A stretch of DNA of 57,747 bases from a virus (Duplodnaviria; Caudoviricetes), in the IMG/VR virus record IMGVR_UViG_3300044646_000955, positions 1 to 57,747 of that record, one strand, 5' to 3'. The translations under genes were made by a program, and so were the position numbers. The notes under the pieces were generated by a model that did not search any database, was not told the DNA's origin, and was given only the letters and a program-made list of their open reading frames with translations. The stretch's first letter is position 1, and each line of letters opens with the position of its first letter. Below, in pieces: positions 8,714-17,619 of this stretch.

Positions 8714-10544
8714 CGGCTAGCCGGTCTGCGGAGTGAGGCTCCCCGATGGCGAGGATGGTGCGGGCGTAGCGGTCGAGCGACACGGCGAGACGTTCGGGGT
8801 CCGCGGAGCATCGCTCGGCGATGGCTGGCACCATCGACCAGGCTCCGTCAAGGAGGGAGTCAAGGGTGGCGTGCGCCGTTGCGCTGACCGAGCAGTGAAG
8901 GGTTAAGGGGTCGTCGCACGGGATCGACGCGGCCCCACCCGCGACGCGCTTGCCCGCTGCGGATCGGAGGCGGGCGTTGGCGCGCTCAAGGGTCCGGTGC
9001 ATGAGCACGTCACAGGCGGCAAGAAGAGCGGTCTCGTTGGGCCCTTGCTCGGATGGGGGCGCCGGTGGGCCGGGAGGGGCGGGAAGCTCGGGAGCGGGGG
9101 AAGGGGCGGGCTCTGCCGGGATCGGCTCTACCGGGGTCTCCGGCGGGCGCGCGAGCACGCCTAGCTCAATGAGGAGATCCGGGGCGAGGGCGGGCGCGGC
9201 GCGCAGGAGTTCGAGCAGGATCCGCTCGTTGCGCTCACTCGTGGTCGGCACGTCGTCCGCCGATAGGCCGATCTCGCGGAGCATGGCGGCGCGCGAGATC
9301 TCTAGGCGGTCGTACGCCTCGATGGCCTGCTTGGTCTTGTCGGGGCGAGAGGTAAGTTCGCTCGTGTCGTACCAGACCATCGCAGCGTCGGGGCTAAGGC
9401 CCTCGGCCCGCAACGCCGGAGCGAGGAACCCGATCGTGAGGGCGTGACAGACGGTCTCGGCGAGAGGCTCCACGTGGAGCGTGATCGCCTCCTCCTGTAC
9501 CTGCCAGGCGCCCCAATGGTTCATGCCGCCAACGCCTAGAAGGATCTCGGGCGGAATGTCCATGCCGAGGGCGAACCGCTTGATTGCCGCTTCGAGCAGG
9601 GAGAGCACTCGGTCGTCAAAGGGCGTTGCGAACGTGAGGTGGCGTACCTTGTCTACGAACTCGCCGGGGATGCGGATGACGAGGGGCACGACTGCTGCCG
9701 CCGATGACCGGTCGGCGATCGGTACGGTCATCGACTCCACGAGCGTGTCCACGAAGGAGTCCTCGGGCGCCGTGACGTTCTGGTTCTGCTCCAGCACGTC
9801 CTCGAATGACGACTGCGGTCCCTGTCCCGGGGGGAATACGGCCTCGCTGGGAATCGTGAGGATGCCCGCCCCGGCTAGTCGAGACTGAGCGCTCGCGTGG
9901 ACGTGCTGTTGAAGAAGCTCGATCTCACGCAGGACGGAGAGCACGCCACGAGTCGGCGCGTCCGGCTGATAACTCCAGCGCGGGTGCTTGCGCCAGACCT
10001 TGACGACGACGGCGAGTGGGTGGAGCTTCCGCCACTCCGACACTCCGACCCGGACCTCCACGGCTGCGTCACCGGGCACGCTACGGATCTCGTCCGACGA
10101 GTAGACGTTCCACGAGTCGTACTCGTCGCGCTCGCCGGGCTCCGCCACTAGCCACCCGATGCCCGCCACGGTGAGGTGCGTGCCGAAGGACGCCAGCATC
10201 TGGCCCTGCCCGATCGCGCCGTTGGCGATGCTCGCAACAACTTCAAGGGCTCGACGCTCGGCCGGGGTGCGCGCCGTCTCGGGCGTGAGGCGGCGCGGCT
10301 CCTCTCCGCCGGGGGATGGGGCGGCAGCGACCAGGTTGACGCGCGAAAGGGCGTTAGCAATCCACTGAGACGCGAACCGGAGTTCGCCGATGGAGTCGTA
10401 GTAGTCCCATGCCGCCGTCTGCCACGCTTGAGCGCGATGGGCGATCGCTCGCAAGGGCTGCGTCGGACTAGCCATCACTTCCGCAGCGGCGATCAGGCTG
10501 TTGTGCCGAGGGGGAATAGGCCCCCGATCTCGCCTACGCGCCAC
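8694..10544 (-). CDS. Portal protein
   Basis: WQTAAWDYYDSIGELRF, SRLAGAGIL, LGMDIPPEILLG..NHW motifs of actinophage portals. Confidence 0.85.
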   Translation of the reverse strand: MARRRDRGPIPPRHNSLIAAAEVMASPTQPLRAIAHRAQAWQTAAWDYYDSIGELRFASQWIANALSRVNLVAAAPSPGGEEPRRLTPETARTPAERRALEVVASIANGAIGQGQMLASFGTHLTVAGIGWLVAEPGERDEYDSWNVYSSDEIRSVPGDAAVEVRVGVSEWRKLHPLAVVVKVWRKHPRWSYQPDAPTRGVLSVLREIELLQQHVHASAQSRLAGAGILTIPSEAVFPPGQGPQSSFEDVLEQNQNVTAPEDSFVDTLVESMTVPIADRSSAAAVVPLVIRIPGEFVDKVRHLTFATPFDDRVLSLLEAAIKRFALGMDIPPEILLGVGGMNHWGAWQVQEEAITLHVEPLAETVCHALTIGFLAPALRAEGLSPDAAMVWYDTSELTSRPDKTKQAIEAYDRLEISRAAMLREIGLSADDVPTTSERNERILLELLRAAPALAPDLLIELGVLARPPETPVEPIPAEPAPSPAPELPAPPGPPAPPSEQGPNETALLAACDVLMHRTLERANARLRSAAGKRVAGGAASIPCDDPLTLHCSVSATAHATLDSLLDGAWSMVPAIAERCSADPERLAVSLDRYARTILAIGEPHSADRLADALRSA

Positions 10545-10622
10545 GTAGCCAAGGCTACATGATGCCAGCAAGCGGTCGCCCCGGAGTGGCCCTAGAACAC
10601 TCCGGGGCGACCCTGCCGACTC

Positions 10623-10943
10623 CTAGTAGCGGTAGTCGGTGACGCATACCGGGTCGTTCGTGAACCGAAGCGGACGCCCGCCCGGGAACCGGAAGGTGCC
10701 GTCCTTGCGAATCCGAAGGACTCTCTCGCGCACGTTGGCGCTTGCCGGGTAGGGGATCGCCTGGCGGTAGACCACCGGCCACGGGTTGCCACCCCTATTC
10801 TCGGTCCGGATCTCGGGCCCGTCTTGCATCGGCCGGAGCGTGACGGACTTCGCCGTCCGGCGGACGATCTCGTAGGCCACCTGGTCGGTGACCAACTTCT
10901 CGGTGGCGTAGTCGGTGGTCATGTGCGTGGCGTTCGTGCTCAT
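10623..10943 (-). CDS. Leaderless cassette protein, 106 aa
   Basis: MSTNATH...; ATG 6 nt after -10. Confidence 0.75.
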   Translation of the reverse strand: MSTNATHMTTDYATEKLVTDQVAYEIVRRTAKSVTLRPMQDGPEIRTENRGGNPWPVVYRQAIPYPASANVRERVLRIRKDGTFRFPGGRPLRFTNDPVCVTDYRY

Positions 10944-11048
10944 GTCGTCAGTATATACATGATCCCGGAACGACGTCAAGCCGGAGAGCGAAAGAACTTT
11001 TCTTGCTCCCCGTGTTGACGTTGTTCCGGGTTCATGTATACTAGGGAC
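10944..11048. promoter_or_regulatory. Back-to-back class-1 promoters (10944-10979 minus, 11015-11048 plus)
   Basis: Both match TTGACG-..GTTCCGGG.TCATG-TATA(TA)CT; A/T-rich tract between. Confidence 0.85.
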
Positions 11049-11273
11049 ATGACGCAGAGCACCACCACCCAGAAGAACCGGACCTTCAAGACCGCCAAGG
11101 GCACGGCTTGCACCGTGTGGAGCGTGAAGGTCGTCGCCCAGCGGGGGCCCTGGACCGGGCTCGCCGAGACGGTCCGCACGTTCGTCACGGCCGAGGGCCG
11201 GACCGGCGAGGTGGACGTGGAGCCCGGGTGCTCCTTCAAGGCGGAAGCCGCCGTGGCCGCCGCCGGATGGTGA
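11049..11273 (+). CDS. Leaderless cassette protein, 74 aa
   Basis: MTQSTTT... Confidence 0.75.
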   Translation: MTQSTTTQKNRTFKTAKGTACTVWSVKVVAQRGPWTGLAETVRTFVTAEGRTGEVDVEPGCSFKAEAAVAAAGW

Positions 11274-11305
11274 CCAGGAAACAACTCACAAAGGAGAACA
11301 CCACC

Positions 11306-11671
11306 ATGACTCACGACCTCGAATCCTTCCTCTCGGGGGCCATCTCGTCCCCGTGCAACGACATCAACTTCAGCCTTGAGCAGTTCCGCTTGGGGCTGGT
11401 CGGCTTCGGGGTGCCGGTGATGACCGCCGAGACCCTCGCCGGGCTCCTCGCCGACTACATCGGGGCGACGTTCGAGATCCAGCGGACCCTGCCGAGGCTG
11501 GCAACCGAGGTCGAGCGGCTCGGCGAGGCGCTCACCGACGGCGAGCCCTTGGTGGCTTCTTGGACCTGCACCCTCGCCGGTGCCGTCGCTCAGTTGGCCA
11601 CTCGACGGGAGGCCGCTAGCGATGCGTTCAACCGCCTCGCCTCGGTGGTGGTTGAGATGGCCAGCCGCTAG
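11306..11671 (+). CDS. Hypothetical protein, 121 aa
   Basis: AAGGAG RBS before ATG 11306. Confidence 0.7.
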   Translation: MTHDLESFLSGAISSPCNDINFSLEQFRLGLVGFGVPVMTAETLAGLLADYIGATFEIQRTLPRLATEVERLGEALTDGEPLVASWTCTLAGAVAQLATRREAASDAFNRLASVVVEMASR

Positions 11672-11714
11672 CCGAAGAATCTCCGAGATTCTCCGAAAAA
11701 GTTCTTCCCAGGGC

Positions 11715-11748
11715 TTGACGGCGTTCCGGGTTCATGTATACTAAGGAC
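11715..11748 (+). promoter_or_regulatory. Class-1 promoter
   Basis: TTGACG-GCGTTCCGGGTTCATG-TATACT. Confidence 0.85.
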
Positions 11749-11950
11749 ACGGCAAGGGGAAGCGCACCGAGGATGCTCCCCACACCTACGAGAGAGAGGA
11801 GGGTAGGAAGAACAAGATGAAGGAAGAACCGAACCGGACCCGTAAACCCGTGGTCCATAAACCCCGGCCCGATAGGCCACCGGGCGAGCAGTGCCCCAAC
11901 CAGCAATGGGGTAAGTGAGGGCCCCGCCGGGACGCCGGACGGGGCCTTCG
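11749..11950 (+). ncRNA. Structured RNA or leader, copy 2 (may encode 33-aa peptide 11817..11918)
   Basis: Homologous to 7770..7700; series of hairpins; terminal hairpin 11918-11948. Confidence 0.55.
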
Positions 11951-11954
11951 CCGT

Positions 11955-12149
11955 TTAGGCGTACCGCCGGCGGTACTCTCGCTCGGCTGCTCGGCACGCC
12001 TCGCACGGCGGCTCCTTGTGCCGCTGGTGGCGCCGATAGGCGGCGTGCGTGCCGCACGGCTGCGTCGGTGCCGGGCCCGGCGGAGCGCCGATCCTGGCAC
12101 CCCTGGCGGCCCTCCATCGGCGGTTGCGCTCGGCGCCGGTCATCGCCAT
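11955..12149 (-). CDS. Small basic Cys/His protein (CGT.AAY.RH....E.PC..C)
   Basis: TGATG-coupled start; paralogue at 33726..33956. Confidence 0.7.
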   Translation of the reverse strand: MAMTGAERNRRWRAARGARIGAPPGPAPTQPCGTHAAYRRHQRHKEPPCEACRAAEREYRRRYA

Positions 12150-12646
12150 CAGGCGTCGCAATCCGAGCAACCGAAGGGGATCCACCCATCGGGGATGGTC
12201 GCACGCTCGTCGGCACCGACCGCTCGTCCGCAGACGGTCCAGGCCGGGTCGGCCGGGTCGATGCCGCACGAGACCCACTCGGCGGCAGCCGAGTCGAAGC
12301 GGATCCAGGTCTGCGGCACCGTGACGTACCGGCCGCCGTCGGTCTGCGGGTCGGTCACTCGCACGCCGAGCTTGTCGGCGATGGCGTCGAGCAGGTGGTC
12401 TTGCAGGAGGCGGATGCGGAGGCGGACCTCCCGCCCGTCCTCGATGTCCTCGTCTTCAAGGTCGCTCGTGAGCACGTCGGCCTCGGTGATGTCCCGGCCG
12501 ACGGCGCCGGTGCAGTCGGCGCCGTCGAACCAGCCGAGCCCGAACGGCTCGTACGGAGCGCCGGAGATCATCGACCCGGCGGGGACGCTCGGCAGGTCGG
12601 CGAGGATGGAGGCGAGGAGGTCGGCCGGGATGGTGTCGGTGTTCAT
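12149..12646 (-). CDS. Acidic hypothetical protein with Cys pairs
   Basis: AGAAAGGA RBS. Confidence 0.7.
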   Translation of the reverse strand: MNTDTIPADLLASILADLPSVPAGSMISGAPYEPFGLGWFDGADCTGAVGRDITEADVLTSDLEDEDIEDGREVRLRIRLLQDHLLDAIADKLGVRVTDPQTDGGRYVTVPQTWIRFDSAAAEWVSCGIDPADPAWTVCGRAVGADERATIPDGWIPFGCSDCDA

Positions 12647-12674
12647 TGGTGTTCCTTTCTAGCTCGGCGGAGCG

Positions 12675-12797
12675 TTACCACTCGCCGTCGTCGTCCAGTT
12701 CGTCGGAGTCGAACCCGCACTCGCTGCAACCGTCCCATGCGAGCTTCTCGGCGCCGCAGCGGTCGCATTCAGTGTTCTTCGTGGTGTTCTCTCCCAT
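12675..12797 (-). CDS. Leaderless 40-aa zinc-ribbon-like acidic peptide
   Basis: MGENTTKNTECDRCGAEKLAWDGCSECGFDSDELDDDGEW. Confidence 0.7.
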   Translation of the reverse strand: MGENTTKNTECDRCGAEKLAWDGCSECGFDSDELDDDGEW

Positions 12798-12833
12798 GCG
12801 GATAACCTACCACAGTTGCCTAACGGACGTCAA
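12798..12833 (-). promoter_or_regulatory. Class-2 cassette promoter
   Basis: TTGACG-TCCGTTAGGCAACTGTGG-TAGGTT-6nt-ATG. Confidence 0.75.
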
Positions 12834-12887
12834 GCCGGGGAAGCAGGAATCCCGGAGTTTCCCCCGAGATTCCCCCGACTCTCGTCC

Positions 12888-13124
12888 TCACCCGTAGATC
12901 TCCTGCGAGATCCGGGCGAACTCCGCCTCTGCGGCATCCGCCTCGGCCCGGAGCTTGCGAGCCTTCGCCCGTCGGGCGAGGAGGGCTGCGGCGTCAACGG
13001 CCGGGTCGAGGGCGAGGGCCCGCAGGCCCCGCTCGGCATCGTCGGCCATGCCGACCGCCACGGATCGAGCCGTCAGGGCCCGGTCGTAGCGGTGCCGGTT
13101 GATTTGGTAGGTGTTTGCTGCCAT
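12888..13124 (-). CDS. Leaderless cassette protein, 78 aa
   Basis: Class-1 promoter at 13125-13158. Confidence 0.75.
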   Translation of the reverse strand: MAANTYQINRHRYDRALTARSVAVGMADDAERGLRALALDPAVDAAALLARRAKARKLRAEADAAEAEFARISQEIYG

Positions 13125-13194
13125 GCCCTTAGTATACACGTTCCCGGAACGGGGTCAAGTCGGAGAGGAAAGAATCTTTGCCGGGCACCCGGCG

Positions 13195-13407
13195 TCAACG
13201 ACCCTTCGCTGCGGCCACGGCCTCGGCGGCGCAATCGAGCGCCCAGGCGATGGTCTCGAACCCGGCGTAGGCGGCGCAGGCGCCCGCCCACTCGCGACGG
13301 TCGGCGTCGGTCTCCGCCGCCTTGAACATCTCGGCGGCGTGGCGCATCGCTGCGAGTCCGGCGACAACGTGGGCGGGGTAGTTGGTGGTGTTGGTGTTCT
13401 GTGCCAT
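13195..13407 (-). CDS. Leaderless cassette protein, 70 aa (MAQNTNTT...)
   Basis: Class-2 promoter at 13408-13443 (TTGACA-GGCGTTAGGCGACCGTGA-TACGGT). Confidence 0.75.
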   Translation of the reverse strand: MAQNTNTTNYPAHVVAGLAAMRHAAEMFKAAETDADRREWAGACAAYAGFETIAWALDCAAEAVAAAKGR

Positions 13408-13531
13408 GTCCCTACCGTATCACGGTCGCCTAACGCCTGTCAACCGGAAAAAGCAAGAATCCCGGGCCGAAGCCCGGGACCTTGTCAGGCAGCCCGCCAC
13501 CGGCGGTTCCGCTCGGCGTTGCTCATCGCCA

Positions 13532-13837
13532 TTAGGCGGGCACCGTGATCGTGACGTCTTGGTCGTTGTATTCGACCTCAACACCGGCGATGAGCTGGCG
13601 CAGCGCCGACAGACTGTCGGTGATGACGATTCGGTGCCACGCCTGCACCGACTCGTACAATTCATCGGCGAGAGCTGCGAGAGCCCATCCGGCGTGTTCG
13701 AACGTCGGCGCGTCCGGCCCGAGCGCGCCCGAGTCGCACTCGTGGTCGCCGTCCATGAGGAACCACTCAAGACCCGGGAACCCGCTGCTCGACTGGATGA
13801 TGAGCGTGCGCTTGATGTCGTTGGTGTTCTGTGCCAT
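13532..13837 (-). CDS. Leaderless acidic cassette protein, 101 aa (MAQNTND...)
   Basis: Class-2 promoter at 13838-13873 (TTGACG-TCCGTTAGGCGATCGTGA-TACGTT). Confidence 0.75.
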   Translation of the reverse strand: MAQNTNDIKRTLIIQSSSGFPGLEWFLMDGDHECDSGALGPDAPTFEHAGWALAALADELYESVQAWHRIVITDSLSALRQLIAGVEVEYNDQDVTITVPA

Positions 13838-13883
13838 GCGGATAACGTATCACGATCGCCTAACGGACGTCAAGCCCTTGCGC

Positions 13884-14297
13884 TCAGATTGCGAGCGCCT
13901 GCCAATCCTTGACGGCGGCGACCTTGTTGATCGCCCGCCATGCGTCGATGACGGTCGCCAGGGTGGCATCGTCAAGCCTCGCCCGGTCGTTCATGTCCCG
14001 GCAGAACTTCGGCGTGATCCGACCAGGCTTGCACGCCAGGAGGAAGCTCCACGCATTCCGAACCCCGATGCGGTCGAAGATTGCGAGAAGCTCAGTCGCT
14101 GCGATGCGCGCCTCGATGACCGCCCGGTCGTAGCCGAGCAGCTTCGCGGCGCAGCCGGTGCCGTACGTCTGCACGCCCTCGGGCCCGTTGAGCCAGACCG
14201 GCCGCTCGAGCTCCTCGTGTCCGCAGCAGGCGCAGGAGAAGGCGTAGAACTCGGCGAAGCGGGGCTTCGGAGCGATGGTGTAGGTGGTCGTGCTCAT
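13884..14297 (-). CDS. Leaderless cassette protein with CxCCG...YGTGCA putative Zn site
   Basis: Class-1 variant promoter at 14298-14333. Confidence 0.75.
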   Translation of the reverse strand: MSTTTYTIAPKPRFAEFYAFSCACCGHEELERPVWLNGPEGVQTYGTGCAAKLLGYDRAVIEARIAATELLAIFDRIGVRNAWSFLLACKPGRITPKFCRDMNDRARLDDATLATVIDAWRAINKVAAVKDWQALAI

Positions 14298-14394
14298 GTC
14301 GTCAGTATATACAGGTTACCGGAACGTCGTCAACCCTAAAACGCAAGAATCCCGGGCGCTGGGCCCGGGACCTTGATCGGGACCGCCGAACCGC

Positions 14395-14703
14395 TCAGCG
14401 GTTGAGTTCGTCAAACTCATCCCGAGCGGCATTGCACACCGCTGCGAACTGCTCGCACCGGAACTCCAGCACCGAGGCGGCGAAGCGCCGCTCGGCGGCG
14501 GCCTGCTCCCGCTTGCCGAGCCAGTGGTTGAGGTCCTCGTCGGACCAGAGGTTGACTTCCTTCGCCACGAGGGCGTGGATGTCGGCCTGGCGCTTGATCG
14601 CCAGGTCGAGGCCCGCCTGGGCCTCCTGCTTGGCGGCGAACGCCGCATCGCATGCCGCCAGGGCGGCGTCGATGGAGTGGAACTTCTTGGTGGTGTTTGC
14701 CAT
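14395..14703 (-). CDS. Leaderless cassette protein, 102 aa
   Basis: Class-2 promoter at 14704-14739. Confidence 0.75.
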   Translation of the reverse strand: MANTTKKFHSIDAALAACDAAFAAKQEAQAGLDLAIKRQADIHALVAKEVNLWSDEDLNHWLGKREQAAAERRFAASVLEFRCEQFAAVCNAARDEFDELNR

Positions 14704-14818
14704 GTCCGTACGGTACCACGGTTCCCTAACGGGCGTCAAGCCGGAGAGGCGGAAAATTCCTAGAAACTTTTCCTGCTCCCCGTGTTGACGCTGTTCCGGG
14801 TTCATGTATACTAGGGAC
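14704..14818. promoter_or_regulatory. Back-to-back promoters (class 2 minus, class 1 plus at 14785)
   Basis: Near-duplicate of the 10975-11050 intergenic region. Confidence 0.8.
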
Positions 14819-15118
14819 ATGAGCACGACGATCAAACACATCGACACCTTCAACGCCCTCATCCCGGCCAACTGGGAACTCGGGATTCGCGACCGGCGCT
14901 ACTCCGCCGAGCGAGTCACCTTCAAGATCGGGGCGTACCACGCGACGGCATGGGTGGACGTGCGGATGACCGCAGACGACCTCTACGCCGTGGAGATCTA
15001 CAAGGTCCGCAGCGGGAAGCGGACGATCCTCGTGACGATCGACGGCGTGTACGCCGATCGGCTCGCTTCGGCGCTCATCGATGCGTGGTGCGCGATCTGC
15101 GACGCGAAGGGATGGTGA
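14819..15118 (+). CDS. Leaderless cassette protein, 99 aa
   Basis: MSTTIKH... Confidence 0.75.
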   Translation: MSTTIKHIDTFNALIPANWELGIRDRRYSAERVTFKIGAYHATAWVDVRMTADDLYAVEIYKVRSGKRTILVTIDGVYADRLASALIDAWCAICDAKGW

Positions 15119-15121
15119 GTA

Positions 15122-15161
15122 GCGAGGTGGTCCCGAGGTTCAACTCTCGGGACCACCTCGC
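15122..15161 (+). terminator. Long hairpin after cassette gene
   Basis: GCGAGGTGGTCCCGAG...CTCGGGACCACCTCGC. Confidence 0.65.
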
Positions 15162-15254
15162 GAATCTGCGGGTACCTCCCCGCAATCTTCGACCAAGGGA
15201 AGAAAGGTTGGCCTTCCGGCTTGATGTTGTTCCGGATTCATGTATACTAGGGGC

Positions 15255-15428
15255 ATGGCAGAGAACACCACCACCAAGAAGGCCCGGTTCAGCGACATGA
15301 CGGATGCCCAGTTGCGGACGGCCTTCCACGGCTTGCTGCGCCGACCGTACATCGGCAAGTTTGATCACTCGATGCGGGAGTGCGACTTGATCGAGCAGGA
15401 GGCCCGCAAGCGTGGGATCCGGCTCTAA
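15255..15428 (+). CDS. Leaderless cassette protein, 57 aa
   Basis: Promoter TTGATG...TATACT at 15221-15254. Confidence 0.7.
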   Translation: MAENTTTKKARFSDMTDAQLRTAFHGLLRRPYIGKFDHSMRECDLIEQEARKRGIRL

Positions 15429-15530
15429 GGGCTAGGCGCCCGTCGCCCCACGGCCCCCGCTCGCAGGGAAGGGGTCGTGGGGAGGTCGCGCCACGAGCGT
15501 CTAACCCGGGAGGGCGCGTGCGACCTTACG

Positions 15531-15803
15531 CTAGTCGTCGGGCAGGCTAGCGAGGAGCCCCGCCACCGCCGACGCCGAGGGGACGGCGAGGACTAGGAGC
15601 GCCCAGGGGTTGTCGGCGTGGAACACGGCAAGGACGGCCGGGCCCGGAGCGACCCAGACGGATGAGCACCAGTCGCACCCCACGAGGTAACCGAGCCGGT
15701 CGAAGCGCGCCTGCACCCACTCTCGGGGAGCGTCGAGCAGCCGGTCGGTTGTGACGAGCCGTGTAAGGCGGAAGGTGGCGAGCGCGGCAAGGACCCAGAT
15801 CAT
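15531..15803 (-). CDS. DUF1360-like membrane protein
   Basis: LATFRLTRLVTTD...LVGCDWCSSVW. Confidence 0.7.
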   Translation of the reverse strand: MIWVLAALATFRLTRLVTTDRLLDAPREWVQARFDRLGYLVGCDWCSSVWVAPGPAVLAVFHADNPWALLVLAVPSASAVAGLLASLPDD

Positions 15804-17203
15804 TAGAGCCTCCGTGATGCGACCGAGCTTACGGAGGCTCGCACCTGCGCGCCCGGGGAGAGGAGAGACGTGACGGCGTGGACGAGGGCGTCAATGCGGT
15901 CCGGGCTCCTCGCGTCAGACGGGACCCAGGTCGTCATCTGCTGCTCAAGGAGGGGCAGGAACCCGACGTGGTGGATCATCCCTCGCTCATACTGCGCCGA
16001 GATCGGTTCGGCGCGCGCCGCCTTGCTCGCTCGAGCGGTTACTTTCTCGATCCGCAGCCCCGGGTCAACGGCGGCGATGGTTGCGCGAGTCATGTCCCCG
16101 CCCTGGTTCGCCTCTACCACGACCCGCTCGGCGCGCCACTTGCGTGCCATGGCGGCGACCTGCTTGCCCCACGCCTCCGGGCGCCCGGCCATTGAGCCAT
16201 CCTCCAGGACGACGGCGTGATCCACCCCGGCTCGCCCATTGACCGGTCCAGCGGCTACCACGATCCCGCACTCGGCCGTCTCCCCCGGCGGGTCAACCGC
16301 CACGACGATTCGCCACGGGCGCCGGTCCGCGCGCACGGGGCGACCGGCAGCCGAGAGGTGAGCGTTGAGCGACTCCCACGGACGGGAGAGGTCGAAGCCG
16401 GAGAGGCGGTGCTCGTTGAGGATCTGGTCCGACCAGAGCGCCCCCTCAACGTCGTCCAGGAACTCGGCGTACAACTCCTGCCGCCCGAGCCTCGTGCCCT
16501 CGTAGCGGGACCGGATGTCCTCGATGAACCCTTGCGCTAGGTACCGCTGGTTGTCGAACGTCGACCCCGTTGTGGACACGGTGTCGGGACGCTCGGCCAA
16601 CTCTCGCAGCCAGGCGAGCGGCTTCGGCGTCCCGGTCACCATCGTCCACGGTCGCTCGCCGAGGCGGAGACCGAGCAGGAGGTTGTCGAGCATCTCCTTG
16701 CCCAGAGCCATAGAGGCGGGCTCGTCTATCCACGCCCATCCGTGCTGAGGGCCGCGAAGGCGCTCGGGTTCCTCTGCCGAGTAGGTAAAGGCGAGGGCGC
16801 CGTTCCTGAACGTGATGCGTCGCTTGGATGGCTCGTAGTCCGGCCGCTGGTCCTCGGGGAACACGGACATAATCCCCGACTCTCCCTCAACGATCACGTC
16901 ACGAACGTCTGCTGCCGTAGGGGCGACTAGAGCGATGCGACCTACCTGCTCGGTCATGAAGCGGCACGCCTCCGCCCCGGCGCGCGTCTTCCCTGCTCCT
17001 CGCCCGGCCCGGAACATCCATACTCGGAAGGACTCCCCCATCCCGGCCGGGATCGCCTGGTTAGGGCGAGCCCACACCTCCCAGAGGGTCAGGAACTCCT
17101 GCGCCTGCGCCGAGGTTAGGGACTCGACGCGAGCGGCGAGGCTCCCGTCGTCACGCCACCGGTCGATCCACGACCGGTTATCAGCCGTCAGCAGGAGCGG
17201 CAT
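15803..17203 (-). CDS. terL: Terminase large subunit
   Basis: AGRGAGKT Walker A, AWIDE Walker B, VAVDP nuclease start, SPDRIDA. Confidence 0.95.
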   Translation of the reverse strand: MPLLLTADNRSWIDRWRDDGSLAARVESLTSAQAQEFLTLWEVWARPNQAIPAGMGESFRVWMFRAGRGAGKTRAGAEACRFMTEQVGRIALVAPTAADVRDVIVEGESGIMSVFPEDQRPDYEPSKRRITFRNGALAFTYSAEEPERLRGPQHGWAWIDEPASMALGKEMLDNLLLGLRLGERPWTMVTGTPKPLAWLRELAERPDTVSTTGSTFDNQRYLAQGFIEDIRSRYEGTRLGRQELYAEFLDDVEGALWSDQILNEHRLSGFDLSRPWESLNAHLSAAGRPVRADRRPWRIVVAVDPPGETAECGIVVAAGPVNGRAGVDHAVVLEDGSMAGRPEAWGKQVAAMARKWRAERVVVEANQGGDMTRATIAAVDPGLRIEKVTARASKAARAEPISAQYERGMIHHVGFLPLLEQQMTTWVPSDARSPDRIDALVHAVTSLLSPGAQVRASVSSVASRRL

Positions 17204-17615
17204 CGCCGTCCAGCCCGAGCACTTGCCGGAGCGTCTGCCGATGGTCTACCTCCACTTTGATCGGCTCTCCGGCATCGCCTGTGACCATCGTGCGTCGCCC
17301 CCACCGTTGCCAGGCGGTGCGTTCGAGGTACCAAGCCGCCGCCTGCCAGGTGCCATCGTTTGCCGCTTTCTGGATCAGCGCGACGTTACGAATCTCGGCG
17401 GCGCTTCTAGCGCTTTCTACGGCGTCCCTGAACTCCCGATACTTGGTATCGGAGTTTGGATCTTCGGCCATCTCAAGCCATCGGTAAAGCGTGGCCTTGC
17501 CGATGCCTGCGTATTGGGCAGCGATCTCAACGTAGTTTCCTGCTTGAATCGCCTGGACGATTCTATCTTGCGTCTCGGGTGTTAGTTTACTCGGTCTGCC
17601 CACCGGTCTAGCCAT
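17181..17615 (-). CDS. terS: Terminase small subunit
   Basis: GRPSKLT, HTH, WQAAAWYLER; directly upstream of terL. Confidence 0.8.
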   Translation of the reverse strand: MARPVGRPSKLTPETQDRIVQAIQAGNYVEIAAQYAGIGKATLYRWLEMAEDPNSDTKYREFRDAVESARSAAEIRNVALIQKAANDGTWQAAAWYLERTAWQRWGRRTMVTGDAGEPIKVEVDHRQTLRQVLGLDGDAAPADG

Positions 17616-17619
17616 CTAT

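Noticed and set aside
10623-15428. CRISPR array formed by the recurring ~35-bp motif
   Set aside because: Copies are on both strands, hundreds of bases apart, separated by whole genes, and match promoter consensus; no cas genes seen
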